The notes below the pieces were generated by a model. That model saw only the letters and a program-made list of their open reading frames with translations, was not told the DNA's origin and searched no databases. The position numbers and the translations under genes were made by a program. From Zygnema circumcarinatum SAG 698-1b (taxonomy: Eukaryota > Plantae > Zygnematophyceae): a stretch of DNA of 64,000 nt. The stretch is taken from assembly GCA_037447605.1 (NCBI GenBank), contig CM074805.1:4435361-4499360 (forward strand), given 5' to 3'. This document shows, one piece after another, positions 23,990 through 36,300 of this stretch (position 1 is its first letter; every line of letters starts with the position of its first letter).

Positions 23990-24595
23990 ATGGCGAGCCG
24001 CGGCCTTAGCCCCAACGCCTTCTTCGCTTACAACACCGGCGGGGGACACGCCTTCGGACAGCAGGTCCCTCCCTCACTCTCTCTCTCTCGCCACCCTCTC
24101 CCACACCTGCTTCCGCTCCCTCTCCCTCTCCCGCTCCGCGTCCATCCCACTCTTCCCGACGCCCTCTCCCTCTCCCTCTCCCCACTTCCCCTTTCCACTC
24201 TCTCTACTCTCACTTTCGCCCTTCTCCGGGCTTCATTCACGTGTGCCCGAATCGGTGATGGCTGCGAGCAGCGATGCATGCATTCATACATGCTTCACAC
24301 ATTCACACCATGATGTTGTGTTGCTGTTCTTTGCTGTTTTCGTGTCATGGAAATGCGTGTGGGGGGAGGACAGCAGTCCTCGGTTTCGTACACGTTTGGG
24401 GGAGATGTACAGTACAGTACGGTGGTGCAGGGTGTACGGAAGGTGTCGGATGTCGGTGAGGGGAGAGGAGATGAAGCGTCGCAGGAAGTCGCAAAGAGTC
24501 GTAAAGAGTCGCAGAGGTGTTCGCAGAGCTTCCTACCACGAGCGTCAAAGCTTTCTACTGTTCTTGTATTGTGGATTTGTTATTTTTTAATATAA
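23990..24595 (+). CDS. Putative small two-exon protein with weak SPIRAL1-like motifs
   Basis: GCCGCCATCATG context. MASRGLSPNAFFAYNTGGGHAFGQQ is followed by a GT donor and a CT-rich intron, then a downstream frame GGGQQSSVSYTFGGD. The acceptor is uncertain. Confidence 0.3.
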
Positions 24596-25054
24596 AGTGG
24601 AATTCCTCCCTTTTTTTTTTGTGAAGGGTAATCGTGCTCAGGGCTTCAGATTTATTCACTTTCACTTTCTTGTTGTTGGAAGTATAAAGGACACAACCTT
24701 CCTTGCACTTTTGTTTTGATCATGCTCATTTTTGCTCAGCAAATCCCCTTTTCAAGGAAAACAAAATCAAATTAAAAGCCACTGGATATTGCCGATACAC
24801 GTTGCAGAATTCGGAAAGGAAAATCAAATTTACAAAGGAAGTTTGTTGTCTTTCATTCAAAAAGTAAAACGTCTCACAGTTTACACGAGGTATGAAATGA
24901 GCAACAGAATGGAAAACAGATTTACAGGGGCGGCCCTCCGGCTTTATCCGGAGCTTAGTCGGAAGGGGGGATTTACAGTTGACCTAAAAGGCTGAAAAAA
25001 GGAGCACACCAATTGCAAATATAGCACACAAAATTAACTCTCAGGACGGTCTCT

Positions 25055-26069
25055 TCACAGGTCCTCGTTTGCGCCCTTCGCCTCTCCCACTGACGTGTTC
25101 TGCATGATGAAGCGCGCTTTGGGCGCAGTGCACACTGCAACGCAAACACAGGCCAAGTGAGACAGACGGTCAGTACAGAAAGAAACAATTACTGCTCGTG
25201 AGAACACAATCTGTTCGCTTTTCGTGATTGTAAGCTGCAAAAGCAGCAAAGGTAGCTAAAATTTTCAGCCGTTTTTGCACGGCAGGATCATGGCAAGCGG
25301 TTTCACACACCTGGGCAGTTGTATGACTCGTCGGGCAACTCCTCAAACGGCTTCTCCTGGTCGTAGATGTAGCCACTGCACGGAAGCAAACCCCACTCAA
25401 TTCCAGTGTTGACGTCAACCCTTCCACGGCATTGCAGAAGCTCAAGAACGAGGAAGCTGCGGCGGAAGCAGCAGCGCTCTCGCTCTCTCTCTCTCTCCCT
25501 CTCTCCCTCTCTCCCTCTCTCCCTCTCTCCCTCTCTCCCTCTCCCCCCCTCTCCCTCACCAGTCCTGGCAGATGTAGGCGATGCGCTCCGCCACAGGCAC
25601 GCCCTCCTGCGGAATCCCCGCAGGGGTGGTGGTGCCGCTAAGCGGAGCCGTCCCCTCTCCCACTAAAGTTGACCCCGTGGAGCCCTTGTTGCCGGCATCC
25701 ATCCGTACGGCAGCTCGTTTAGGAGCGGCGCTTCGCAGACTTATGGCGCTGTTGTGGCCGGGCACAAAAGAGGCTGCCAATGAAAAGTGCGGGTGAGGGG
25801 AGGAGGAGGATAAAAAGATAATGTTTTCAGGCGAGAAACGACGGAACAGTGGGTGCGAAGGCGTGCACGTGTTCAAACATGGCCCAAAAGAAATAAAAAT
25901 GTCTGTTCTCTGCTTCGACGTAGACCTTCGCATTCTCAGAACCTGAATCTGTGTGCAGATTCACTAATTATGGCCTACCTTGTGCCGGCGAAGAAAAGCT
26001 CACAGCCGTCCTCGATGCGAGAGACGAAGGAACCCGAAGCACGGACACAGAAACGCACGCTGCCGCCAT
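25055..26069 (-). CDS. Plastid-targeted rubredoxin-like protein
   Basis: Exons 26069-25979, 25773-25560, 25375-25311 and 25134-25055 join in phase. An Ala/Ser-rich transit peptide is followed by [37 protein letters not shown] (two CxxC motifs). Confidence 0.92.
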
Positions 26070-26250
26070 GGCTGCCCTGGACGCGGAGAGAGGGGGCTTC
26101 TTTATGGGAAAAAGAAGTATGAAAGCGTGCAGGATAGAATAGAGAGCACCTTGAGCGCTTGACGATTTTTTTTTCGCGGCCAGAGATGAAGATGGGAATC
26201 TCTCCCCCGCCTTTTTAATACTGGAGGGCGGGGGAAAAGGTCGGAAGGGG

Positions 26251-26498
26251 CGCCACGTGGCAAGTGAGGAGGCGGTAACGTGGCGCGGCGCCTGCAGGCG
26301 ATGGTTGCCACGTGGCGCGGTGGAGCAGACACTGCGCTGGAAGGAGCCACGTGGCGGCCCGTGCGAGCCCGTCGGGCCGAGCCAAAATGTCGGTGCTCGA
26401 GGGAGATCGCAAAGGACGGCCGTGCCGACGCCAGGTGGCACGTGGGCGAGTGAGGTGGCGTGCACTGAGCGTGGCACGTGGCGGAGAGGCTGACGTGG
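26251..26498. promoter_or_regulatory. Dense G-box/ABRE array upstream of the rubredoxin-like gene
   Basis: GCCACGTGGC at 26252, 26307 and 26346; CACGTG at ~26439 and ~26475; ACGTGG at ~26278 and ~26493. TATTAAAAA on the minus strand near 26220. Confidence 0.6.
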
Positions 26499-26978
26499 AT
26501 TGGTGGTTTCCGCGGAGCCTAGTGCGGTGGACCGGAGCTTTTCCATTGGCTCGCGGCGCTGTGAATAATATTTTTTTGTTTTAAAAATTGAAGTTCTTGG
26601 GGCCTTGGTGAGCGCTTGCTTGGATCCTCACATGGTTCCCGGGTTGTGGCTGTTGTTGTTGTTGTCCATGTGCATTTCATGGCATCGCCATCGCGAGACC
26701 AACAAACAAACCTGAGACCATAACAATAAAGCGACGCTTCTGGCATAGGAAAGCGTTCCAAGGCGAACTGAATCAACGAAGGCAAATAACCCCCAAGTTC
26801 CAAGCTGCGAGCCCCTCTATGCAAGCCAAAGTTGCGTTGGCCAGTTCCAGTTCCACTTCCAGTTTCAGTTCCAGTTGCACGGGGCTGCATTGCCGGTTCT
26901 ATCTCAACGAGAGGCCCTTAACCGTCCGCGCCGCCCGAATCGCGGCCCGCCCGAGGGCGCGAGAATCGGCTTCCCTTA

Positions 26979-27165
26979 GGGGGAGTCAGGCCTTGACCAT
27001 CGCTTACGAAATTCCCGTATTCCTTATACTAAAAGTCACTTCTTTCGTGTACGAATTCCGGGTCGGGATCCGCGGCTCCGCCGAGCCCAGCCGTACCGAA
27101 ATGCGTACCTAGCCAATTCTTAATTCGCCCGACTGAGTTGGCGATGGTCAAGGTCTGACTCCCCC
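26979..27165. mobile_element. MITE copy 1 (25-bp TIRs, TA flanks)
   Basis: TA|GGGGGAGTCAGGCCTTGACCATCGC ... GCGATGGTCAAGGTCTGACTCCCCC|TA. The TIRs are 24/25 complementary and there is no ORF. Confidence 0.85.
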
Positions 27166-27167
27166 TA

Positions 27168-27365
27168 AGAGAGTCAGACATTAACCATCGCGTACTAAAT
27201 TCCCGAATTTAGTATACTAAAAGTCAAACTTTCGTGTACGAATTCCGGGTCGGGATCTGCGGCTCCGCCATACACAGCCGTACCGAAATGCGTACCTAGC
27301 CAATGCTTAATTCGCCCGACAGCCTCACTAAATTGATTTGGCCATGGTCAATGTTTGACTCCCCC
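27168..27365. mobile_element. MITE copy 2, directly abutting copy 1
   Basis: Same internal sequence as copy 1 (ATACTAAAAGTCA..CTTTCGTGTACGAATTCCGGGTCGGGATC..CCGTACCGAAATGCGTACCTAGCCAAT). The right TIR ends GGTCAATGTTTGACTCCCCC|TA; the left TIR is degenerate. Confidence 0.8.
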
Positions 27366-27664
27366 TATTACTGTTACGGTTTGCGTTCGGCGTTGAAAGT
27401 GCAGCGCAGAATGCGAAACGAAAAAGTTCGAATGGAGAGCCTGCCCTCTGCATTCTGCGTTGTGCGCTTTGCATTGGGGATGCGCAGGTGCAAGCTTCTT
27501 CACATTTCGCATTTCTCTCTTCTGCATTTCGCTTGCTGGCTTCTCACTTGAAAATGCTAAGTGCCGAGTGCGGTAGAGAGTGCACGCCCCTCTCCGTCCC
27601 GCGCACGGCGGATGAAGGCTGCGGGAGGAGAGACGAGGCGGACGAAGGGCCCGCTCGCCACTGC

Positions 27665-27717
27665 AACCCTAAAAGTACACGTACGAACCGTACGGCCACA
27701 CTGGTACGAATCCGTAC
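27665..27717. promoter_or_regulatory. Telo-box-like motif plus GTAC cluster upstream of TFIP11
   Basis: AACCCTAAAA at ~27665. GTAC at 27675, 27681, 27690, 27704 and 27714. Confidence 0.45.
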
Positions 27718-28077
27718 CGACAGCGCCCGCAGCCGCAGGCCGCAGCCTTCGATTTTTGTCGGCCGGCAGCGGCCGGCAGCCGTTTTGGCGGACCGGCGGG
27801 GCCTGTCCGTCCGTCTCTCCTCCTCCCGCCCGCCCCCTCACACTTTCCCCCTCTTCCTCTCCCCTCCCTCTCTCCTATCTCCTCTCTCGCTCTCCCCTCC
27901 CCTCTCCTCTCTCCTCTCTCCTCTCTGCTCTCTGCTCTCTGCAGGAAGCAGAGTAGGCGCGTGCAGTGCAGTGCGGTGCAGTGCGGTGCACGACGCGCAA
28001 AAGCAGGCGACACTTAACACGTGCGCGGGAAGCGGCCGCAGGAGGACAGAGGTGAGCGCCGCCTCCTCCCGGGCGCC

Positions 28078-31000
28078 ATGGACGACAGGCAGCACTACAT
28101 GAGGTTCGGGATGGAGGACGACTACGAGGACGGGCAGTGGATAGGCGGCGAGTTCTACGCCTCGCGGCAGGTGCAGAAGCGCAAGCAGACGCGGGAGGAC
28201 GCCCTCTTTGGAGTCTTTGCGGAGTCGGACTCGGACGACGAGGGAGGCGGGAAGAAGAGGAGGAGGGAGGGAGGGGGGGCAGGGAAGGCAGACTTCACGA
28301 AGTCTGTGAGGTTTGTGTCAATGGGGAACGTAGTTCCGACGGAGGAGCTGAGCAAGATGGCGGATGGGGAGAGGAGGGAGGAGGCAGGGGAGGCGGGAGT
28401 GAGGGAAGGGAGAGGTATCGATGTTATGGCAGGATTAGGGTTTGGGGGAGGGAAGGAGGAGGGGATGGAGGGTGAGGAGGAAGAGGAAGACGTGCTGAAG
28501 AGTGCGTACGGACAGCGGATAAAGGAGAGAGCTGAGAGGAGGCGAGAGCTTGAGAAGGAGAAGGAGAAAGAGAAGAAAAAAGATAAAGGCGGAGGGGTAG
28601 AAGAGAAGAAGAGATCGACTACAGCGGAGATTGGCACCTTTGAGAAGTTTACGAAAGGGTTTGGGATGAAAATGCTCGAGAAAATGGGATACAAAGGGGG
28701 GGGGCTGGGGAAGAACGCGCAGGGAATTGCGATTCCTGTGGAAGCAAAATTGAGACCGAAGATGATGGGAATGGGGTTTAATGACTATAGAGAGAGAGAG
28801 ACGGGGCTTGGGCCGGCTCCGGGAACGGAGGAGGAATCGGTTGTCGTACAAGCAGAGAAAGCAGGGCGGGCAAAGGAGCAACTCTGGAAGAAGAAACATG
28901 CGGTGAAGAAGGCGGAATTCAAGACAGCACAACAGCTTTTGGAGGAACGGCAAGCGGATGGAAAGGTGGAAGTAACGCAGCCAATCATTGATATGCGAGG
29001 AGCACAGGTGTGTTTGTCCCTTTGCAAACAACCCTAGGGGTTTTAGATTGTTTTTAGCTGAATTGTAGACTTTTTCTGATAAATTGGCGCTTCTAAAGAC
29101 AGTTGAGTGGATGGGCTATTGGAATGATGATTCGGCTCATCAAATTCAAAAAACTAAACAACCGTGTTGTTGTTAATACCTCGTCTTTTGTTGTATTTGG
29201 GAAGCGATGACCGGCCAGTTAGACCTGTTTCAGGGTTTTGGCGTAGCAGAGTCAGCTGCACACCGGACTCCGTCAAGTCAGTGAACTTAGAGTAGGGTTT
29301 GCAACAGATGGAGATGAAACAGGAATTTGCAGTTCAAACTTGGTTTCAAGTGCAGATGCAGTATCTATTTTTTCTCCCTGGGCGTGCCGTGATCAGAGCT
29401 CCTTGCTGCGTGTTGAGCTTTTCCATCGGAAAACGATTTCTCTCTCCCTCCCTCTCTCTGTTTCTCCTCTCTTCCTTGTGCATGCCGGCACTCTGAACTC
29501 ACCTTCTCTGCCATTGCCGGCACCTGCAGGTCCGTATATTGACAAATATGGAGAAAATAAACGACGAGACAACATCCGCTGCCATTGACGATACCCCCAT
29601 GCCGGAGCTGCAGCACAACTTGAGATTGATCGTAGATTTGGTAGAAGCTGACATTCAGATGACCGATCGCAAACTAAAACACGAGCGTGACTCCCTCGTG
29701 CTTCTTCAAAAGGAACGGGACCGTGCTAAGGGGGAAGCTGCTCTGCATAAGGGGCAGCTCAGCACTCTGGAAGCAATAGTCAGCGCTTTAGACAACATTC
29801 AGTCCAATGTGAATGCTCACGGAGCAACTCTCGACATGCTCGGAGAAGCTTTCCAGTCATTGAAGCAACGCTTCAATGACGAATACAAGCTGTACAACTT
29901 GTCTGCCCTCGCCCTCTCATATGCAGTCCCACTAATGACAGCACACTTAGCTCCATGGAATCCTCTTACTACTCCCCAGCACGGGACGGAAGCTATGGCC
30001 ACTTGGAAGAGTCTGTTAGCGCGAGAAGTCAGCCAACCCATCGACTACTCCATCTTCCCTGACATGGAGATGGAAAGCTCGCAAGATCACTACACTCAGC
30101 TGGTGAGAGAAGCAGTCATCCCTAAGCTCCGAAGTGCAGTCACAAACTCATGGGAGCCCCGAAACCCTGAACCCCTCCTCCTGCTTCTGGAAGCATGGGA
30201 GGGGTTACTCCCCCCCTCTGCTCTGCAGCACGTGTTAGAGCATCTCGTGATGCCAAAACTTGCAGCTGCAGTGGATGTGTGGGACCCACTGAAGGAGCCA
30301 ATACCCATCCATGCATGGATACATCCATGGCTTCCTCTCCTAGGAGCAAGTCTTGAGCCTCTTTATCAGCCCATCCGATACAAGCTTGGGAAAGTTTTAG
30401 GGGGTTTTGTTGTGGGAGATCCGACGGTTCTTGCAATGCTTGCTCCCTGGCGAAGAGTGTTCGATTCCGCGAGTTGGGAGCACCTCTTAGTCCGTTTCAT
30501 TGTGCCCAAACTCGCAGAAGCTTTCCAAAGCTTTGTGGTGGACCCCAGAAACCAAAACCTCGAGATTTGGAATGCAGTTATGATGTGGGCAGGGGCTGTT
30601 CCTGTGCCGCACATGGTGACCCTTTTGGAGGTGGGTTTCTTCCCGCAATGGCACGAGCGACTCTACCATTGGCTGTGTGCTAACCCTAATTTTGAAGAAG
30701 TCACACGGTGGTATTTGGGCTGGAAGGCCCTCCTGCCGCCCGAACTCCTGGCCAATGAGAGAATTCGTTATCAGCTAACTTTAGGGTTAGACAGAATGAA
30801 CCAAGCAGTAGAGGGGGCTCCCTTGATGCAACCAGGAGCACGAGAAAACGTTGCATATTTGAGAGTAACGGAACAGCAAGCATTTGAAAACAAGCAGCAG
30901 CCAAACTATGGCGGACCGCCCCCTTCCGTTCACCCCCCTTCCCAGCAGGCTCGGAATGCAGCTCCCTCAGGAGGAGGGGGAGGAGTGGGAGGAGGACAGG

Positions 31001-31260
31001 AGAATGGGACGGTGGGAATGGAGGTAGATCTCACTTTGAAGGAGGCAGTGGAGGGGTTTGCTCAGCAGCATGATGTGCAGTTTTTGCCAAAGCCGGGACG
31101 CCTGCACGAGGGGCTGCAAATCTTCTCTTTTGGGGCCGTTAGCATGTGTGTGGATAGCGGGAAGCAGGTGCTGCTAGCGCAGGCGGAGGGGAAGTGGGTG
31201 CCTGTATCGTTGGAGCAGCTGCTGGAAATGCATCGAAGTAGGGGGGGAAGGTGGGGGTGA
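28078..31260 (+). CDS. TFIP11: Tuftelin-interacting protein 11 / STIPL / NTR1 spliceosome disassembly factor (G-patch + GCFC)
   Basis: Exon 1 is 28078-29007: N-terminal MEDDYEDGQWIGGEFY and G-patch KGFGMKMLEKMGYKGGGLGKNAQGI...RPKMMGMGF. Exon 2 is 29530-31260: PMPELQHNLRLIVD, HAWIHPWLP, NFEEVTRWYLGWK. Confidence 0.95.
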
Positions 31261-31790
31261 GGGGGGAGGAGACGAAGGGGGAGAGAGAGAGAGAGAGAGA
31301 GAGGCGCAGTGTGGGAGGTGGAGGCTCAAGGCCTTACTTCTCCGGGTTTTGGAGAGGTGAGGATACTTTGAACGATGAAGGTGGGAGGGGGGATGAGAAG
31401 GAGATGCATCCTTCTTTACCGTACGGTGTGGAGATGAGAGACTTTTTGCGGCGCAACTGGGCAGGTCTGAGGGAGGCTGTTCTGAGGTACGCTGCGGAAT
31501 GAGATTAGGGAGGCTTTGAGAGGACTGAACTGTTTGGTGGGAGAGGGAGGGAAGGGTAGAAGATTGAGAAGGAAATGAGTATGGAGAGTGGAATGCTTGC
31601 TCCACCCGTTTATACAAGTTCTTGGAGGAAGTTTCAGAAGTTGTGAAGTTCAGCGTTCACATTCTTAGCGGGCTTCGAGTAAGGTGTTTCTTTTGTGCAT
31701 CAGCTCCATGTGACTGCTTCAAATGACAGTTTCAAAAAACGTTAAGCGGTTTTCCAATTGTGATGGAAGCCTGGGAATACGAAGACGCTC

Positions 31791-31839
<49 letters not shown>
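31791..31839. repeat. (CTTT)n microsatellite
   Basis: Read directly. Confidence 0.9.
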
Positions 31840-31840
<1 letters not shown>

Positions 31841-33394
31841 GCCCTGAGTTGAATTTAAATTTGAATCTGAATTTGAATTCTCATTTGCGTACCTGCAGGC
31901 GCTGCTGCGGGAGGCACAGCCGCCTCTTATTGGAGGGAGCAGCGCGCCTCTCATGGGGGGTCCACTTCGAGACGGAGGATGCATCTGTGCAGCTCTTCAA
32001 ACGCCGCTGCCTTTTCGATGGCTGACAAAGCTGCCCTGAGAGGAGAGTAAACTTAGAATTAGTTTGTTGGAGGAGAAGTCCTCGGACGATTCAGTATGCG
32101 ATAGGGTCGGAAAGTTATTTTTGAAGTTTTTTCAGAGAAAAGAAAAGCAGGTGACCTCGTTTTGACCTAACCGTGGCCGACTTCACGTTTTCCGGGATTG
32201 ATTCCATGGGCTGCTCGCGCAGGTTGGTTCAGTTTACGGTAGCGTTTACGCAGTTGTGCGGCCCTCACACATGCTCACTTTCCGGTCAAGTTTGCCGTTT
32301 CAGGTTTCAGAGTCTTATATCACATGTGCGTTGGTTGGATGCATGCGTACATGAAGCCAAGCAGTCAGTCGAGAAGCAGTCATTGGTTCACGGCAGACCA
32401 TCTAAACGGAATGGAATAATATCCTAGAAAGGCTAAGGAGGAGTGCTGGGGACTCTGCAAATTGAAATTCCACACTTGAAATGCGCGCGTTACAATAGCA
32501 CGAGCCTCAAGAAAAGATAAAGATTTTTCTTGAACAGTCTACGGTTCAGATAATACAAGCACTGCTGATCCTCAGATCCACTGAGCCTTGAGCCTGAGCG
32601 ATGCGAGTCACTGCTACTCAGTACTCGCCTGGCCTCAGTTCCTCACGAGGAATTCTTCTAAGGCACAAACTGTAATCTTCCAACCATCGATGTGTGGCAG
32701 TGCATCATACCATTACACTTAAGAGGGCATTCTTCCACAATTCACGTGCATCCAAGAAAAAATCGCATGCACTGGACAATGGGAAGCGCCTCATGTGATC
32801 AGCAAGCAGCACATAGTAGACCGGTATGAGAGCAAAGTCGTGCCAGTTGATTTACACAGAATGATCTCAAAGTGGTCGCACACTTCTCCATTAAGAAGCA
32901 AAATCATGACATGCATTGCAACACAACGGTGTTTAACTTCAACAGCATAGCAAATCGCTATTTCAAGGGACAAAAAGGGAAAGTGATGTGGCCAACAGGT
33001 GAGCCAAACACCCGAGTACCTAAAGAGGAAAGTGGGTCATCTAAAACCAAGTACTTCGATGATCCACCCCCCACTCTCCTGCTGAAAGAGAGAATATTCC
33101 ATAACAAAACTCAATTGAAGAGAAGACGCAACAAAAGTTTGACGTCAACTACCACCCCCTAGACTGACCAACTTTGACCGGCCCAAACTGTGTTTGACTT
33201 TTGCTATCACTGGATGAAAAAAAAAAAAAAAGCCAAAAAATAGATAGGACTTGCTCCTAACAAACATCTGCAATAAATATTTACAGTCGCGCCCAGAAAA
33301 AAAGAAAGTACCACTATTTTCAGCCTTGCAAACTTTTGCATCCGCGTGCAACCATAGGTTACATCCACCTCATTTTTGTCACAAACATTCTAAC

Positions 33395-36300
33395 TTATTC
33401 GCCGGTTTTCCACTTATTGAGCTCCTGAATTTTTTGACCCGCTTCCTTGCAACGTGCCGAACAATCCCTCGTCCTCTCGCCTTCTTCACGGGCCCCTTTT
33501 TGGCCATTTTTGTGCATGAAGAGAGTCAAACCCGAAGGCGCTTCCTTCGAGATACCAAACATTGGCATGTGGAGTACTCTCAACGTCTTTTTGAAGGTAC
33601 CCCAATCCTGCCCTGATCTATCGGTAGTAGGAACAAACCGACGTCTGGTTTCTATGCGCCCATTTCTCAAATTCAGCCGATTGTACCAAATCGCCGAGAG
33701 CCGCTTGCGTGCATGCTTGAGAGATGGCAGCCGCTTCTTGTGGGCTTCGGAGTCTTCGACGATGAGAGCCATGGAAAGACGAGACGTATGCCCGCTCTTG
33801 GATATGCATGGGAATGAAATCTTTCCCATAGTCACCTGCATAAATACCAAAGACAAATTCAGCTCAAGCACAACCGCAAATACCAGCAAAGAATGAGAAC
33901 AGTCTGAGACCTTCTCTTATGGGAAAAAAGATTGACACATCGCAAAAAAACGAGCAGCCACATCCAAGTTAACTGCAAACTCGATTTCAAGTGACATCAC
34001 ATCTCAATCCCTCAAAAGCAGCTGACTTCAATTGCATCTTGCATACAACAATCAAAAAATGACCGGTGTTGTTTTTTGAAGACCTACCGCCAATCGTAGG
34101 ATCAAAACTGTTTTTCTCACAAGTACTCCTTTGCTTGGCCAGTCTCCTGCACATAGCGCAAACATACAAGAATAAAACGAGAGAAATTACTACATCCGAC
34201 ACGACGAGCCACAAAAACATAAAAATGTTTCCTTTGAATTGTCCGATTCCCCAAACATGGTTCAACTACAATCCAGAAATATTAAAAGACAGTTCAGCTG
34301 GGACATACCGAAGTTGTACATGAAGCAACTGCGAGGCGATAGCCACCAATAGAACGGCAAATGTAGAGTCTTCGAGATCGTGAGAACTCTGCAATTCCCA
34401 TATGAATATATCAGAAATGAGGACACCATTCGACACATTGAAATTGTACATTCAATCAAACAAATCATCTATAGTCAAAATTTTCACCTCAAATTGAAAA
34501 AAAAAGACATAACTTCCTCTAATGAAGCAGCCGTATTCAACAAAAGAGAAAGGGAAAGAATTACCTGACTGAGGAGAGCTATAGACACGATGCGCATTGC
34601 CCACTTCACAAATTCAGCAATGGAAGGAGTTATTGTGCCTTCGGATGTCAATATGATACTCCGAGTAGTCCAATATCCGAGCCCAGCTCCAATCAAAAGA
34701 AACATAACGATTGATAATATAAGAATCTGCACAGAAATTGAAACCAATGAAAAAATTGTTAATAATGTCAATTTTCTTTGTCGCAATCCTATGTTGGAAG
34801 GCAGAAGAATAGGCAGAAGCAACTTACCGAAGTGGCTGCCTCTCCATGTCCACTTAAACTTTGCATTGCATCGAATGCTTGAAACAAGAAATAGAGTTGT
34901 CCAATACAACTGATTCCCGTCTGCCATAAAATAACAAAAGGGAACGGAAAACCCACATTTTAGCACATTTTTCTGAAAGCTACGATGATGAAACAAATAG
35001 CCAAACTGAGGATTCACCAATCAGTCCTAGATTGAAATGCGCAATACATCGCAATCTAAAACCAATGTAATCAACCAATCAGTTAACCTTGAAATCAGTT
35101 TTCCTCCATCTGAATGATGCCTTTGACTGTTTAGAAACTTTCTAGGAAACGTAGCAAGACATTTCAAAGTAACGACAGGATGATGATGACGCGTGACGCG
35201 AGGTTAACAACTTACAAAGGACCCCAAAAATAAAATATACCATAAGCCTTGCCCAACAGTCGGCGCTTGTCGAAAGGCCTGCAAACATACCCTCTTACAG
35301 CCCAAATTAATCCTGAGTACCAAAATGTGCCGGTTAGCAATTGAAATTGGGTGGTTGGATGGATCAAGAGCTCGGAACACTCACAGATCTAGAAACATGA
35401 CAACATGCCTCAAATGGTTGAAGAAAATACCTTATACGGTAGAATGAATGCAATAAAAGCAACTCCAAAAAGCATTCCGCTGCTATAATAAAATAGCAGC
35501 CATTGGCTTAAAATCGGAGCCATCAAGAACAAGAAGATGCCCAAAATGAAGAGATATACGCGATAAATACAGAATTCTGCAAACACCGCAATTCCCCACA
35601 TAGCAAAATAAGGATAAGCCAGAAACCCAAGCAAAGAAATGTCTATCAATCTACTCCCACACTGTTTCTCTTCTTGAAAGCCTGCCCTGCAAGGCTGTAC
35701 TTTTGAAAGATGTCAGCACGTACCTTCTGTGAGTTGCACCTGTAACTTGGCATTCGAAAGTCCTCCGTTTAAAGGAATCTTAATGTCCACATAAGTAACT
35801 TCAGAATGGTACACAAGGAAAGTCAGGGTTGCCATCTTTTTTAAAGGAATCCAAGCAACAAGGCACGAGCCCATTTCAATGCTCTCATTCCTGCAACAAA
35901 AAGGCGAGAAAAGATAAGAAAAAACAGCAAGAAAACTGTTAAACTACTGAAACTGAGAGGCAAAGTTCCTAATTCCTGTCGTTAAACAAAACGACTGCAA
36001 ACTTTTTTGAAAGAAAAGGAAACGCGCAAGAATCCACGATGCTCTTTGCAATAGTAGTAGCATGCCAAGCCACGAAAGAGAAGCCAAAAACAGCACAGCA
36101 TGCAGTGAACTCACCTGTGCAGACAGACCTCTGCACTCGAGGAAGTCGTCGACAACCGGCTCCAATATGAAGGCCTGGTCTCATCGTTGAACGATGCCAT
36201 CAACTTGCTGACGAAAAAATACTTCATTGCACGCGTATGGAGTGAGCAAGCAGGGACTCTGAATCGAATGACAGTCTGCAATGGATTCTGATTCACTCCG

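Noticed and set aside
25556-25640. YICQDC initially suggested RNA polymerase subunit RPB12
   Set aside because: Downstream exons give GYIYD...[20 protein letters not shown], a rubredoxin-like pattern rather than RPB12.
31251-32025. Possible extra spliced exons after the TFIP11 stop
   Set aside because: The peptides are unrecognisable; more likely 3' UTR or intergenic sequence.
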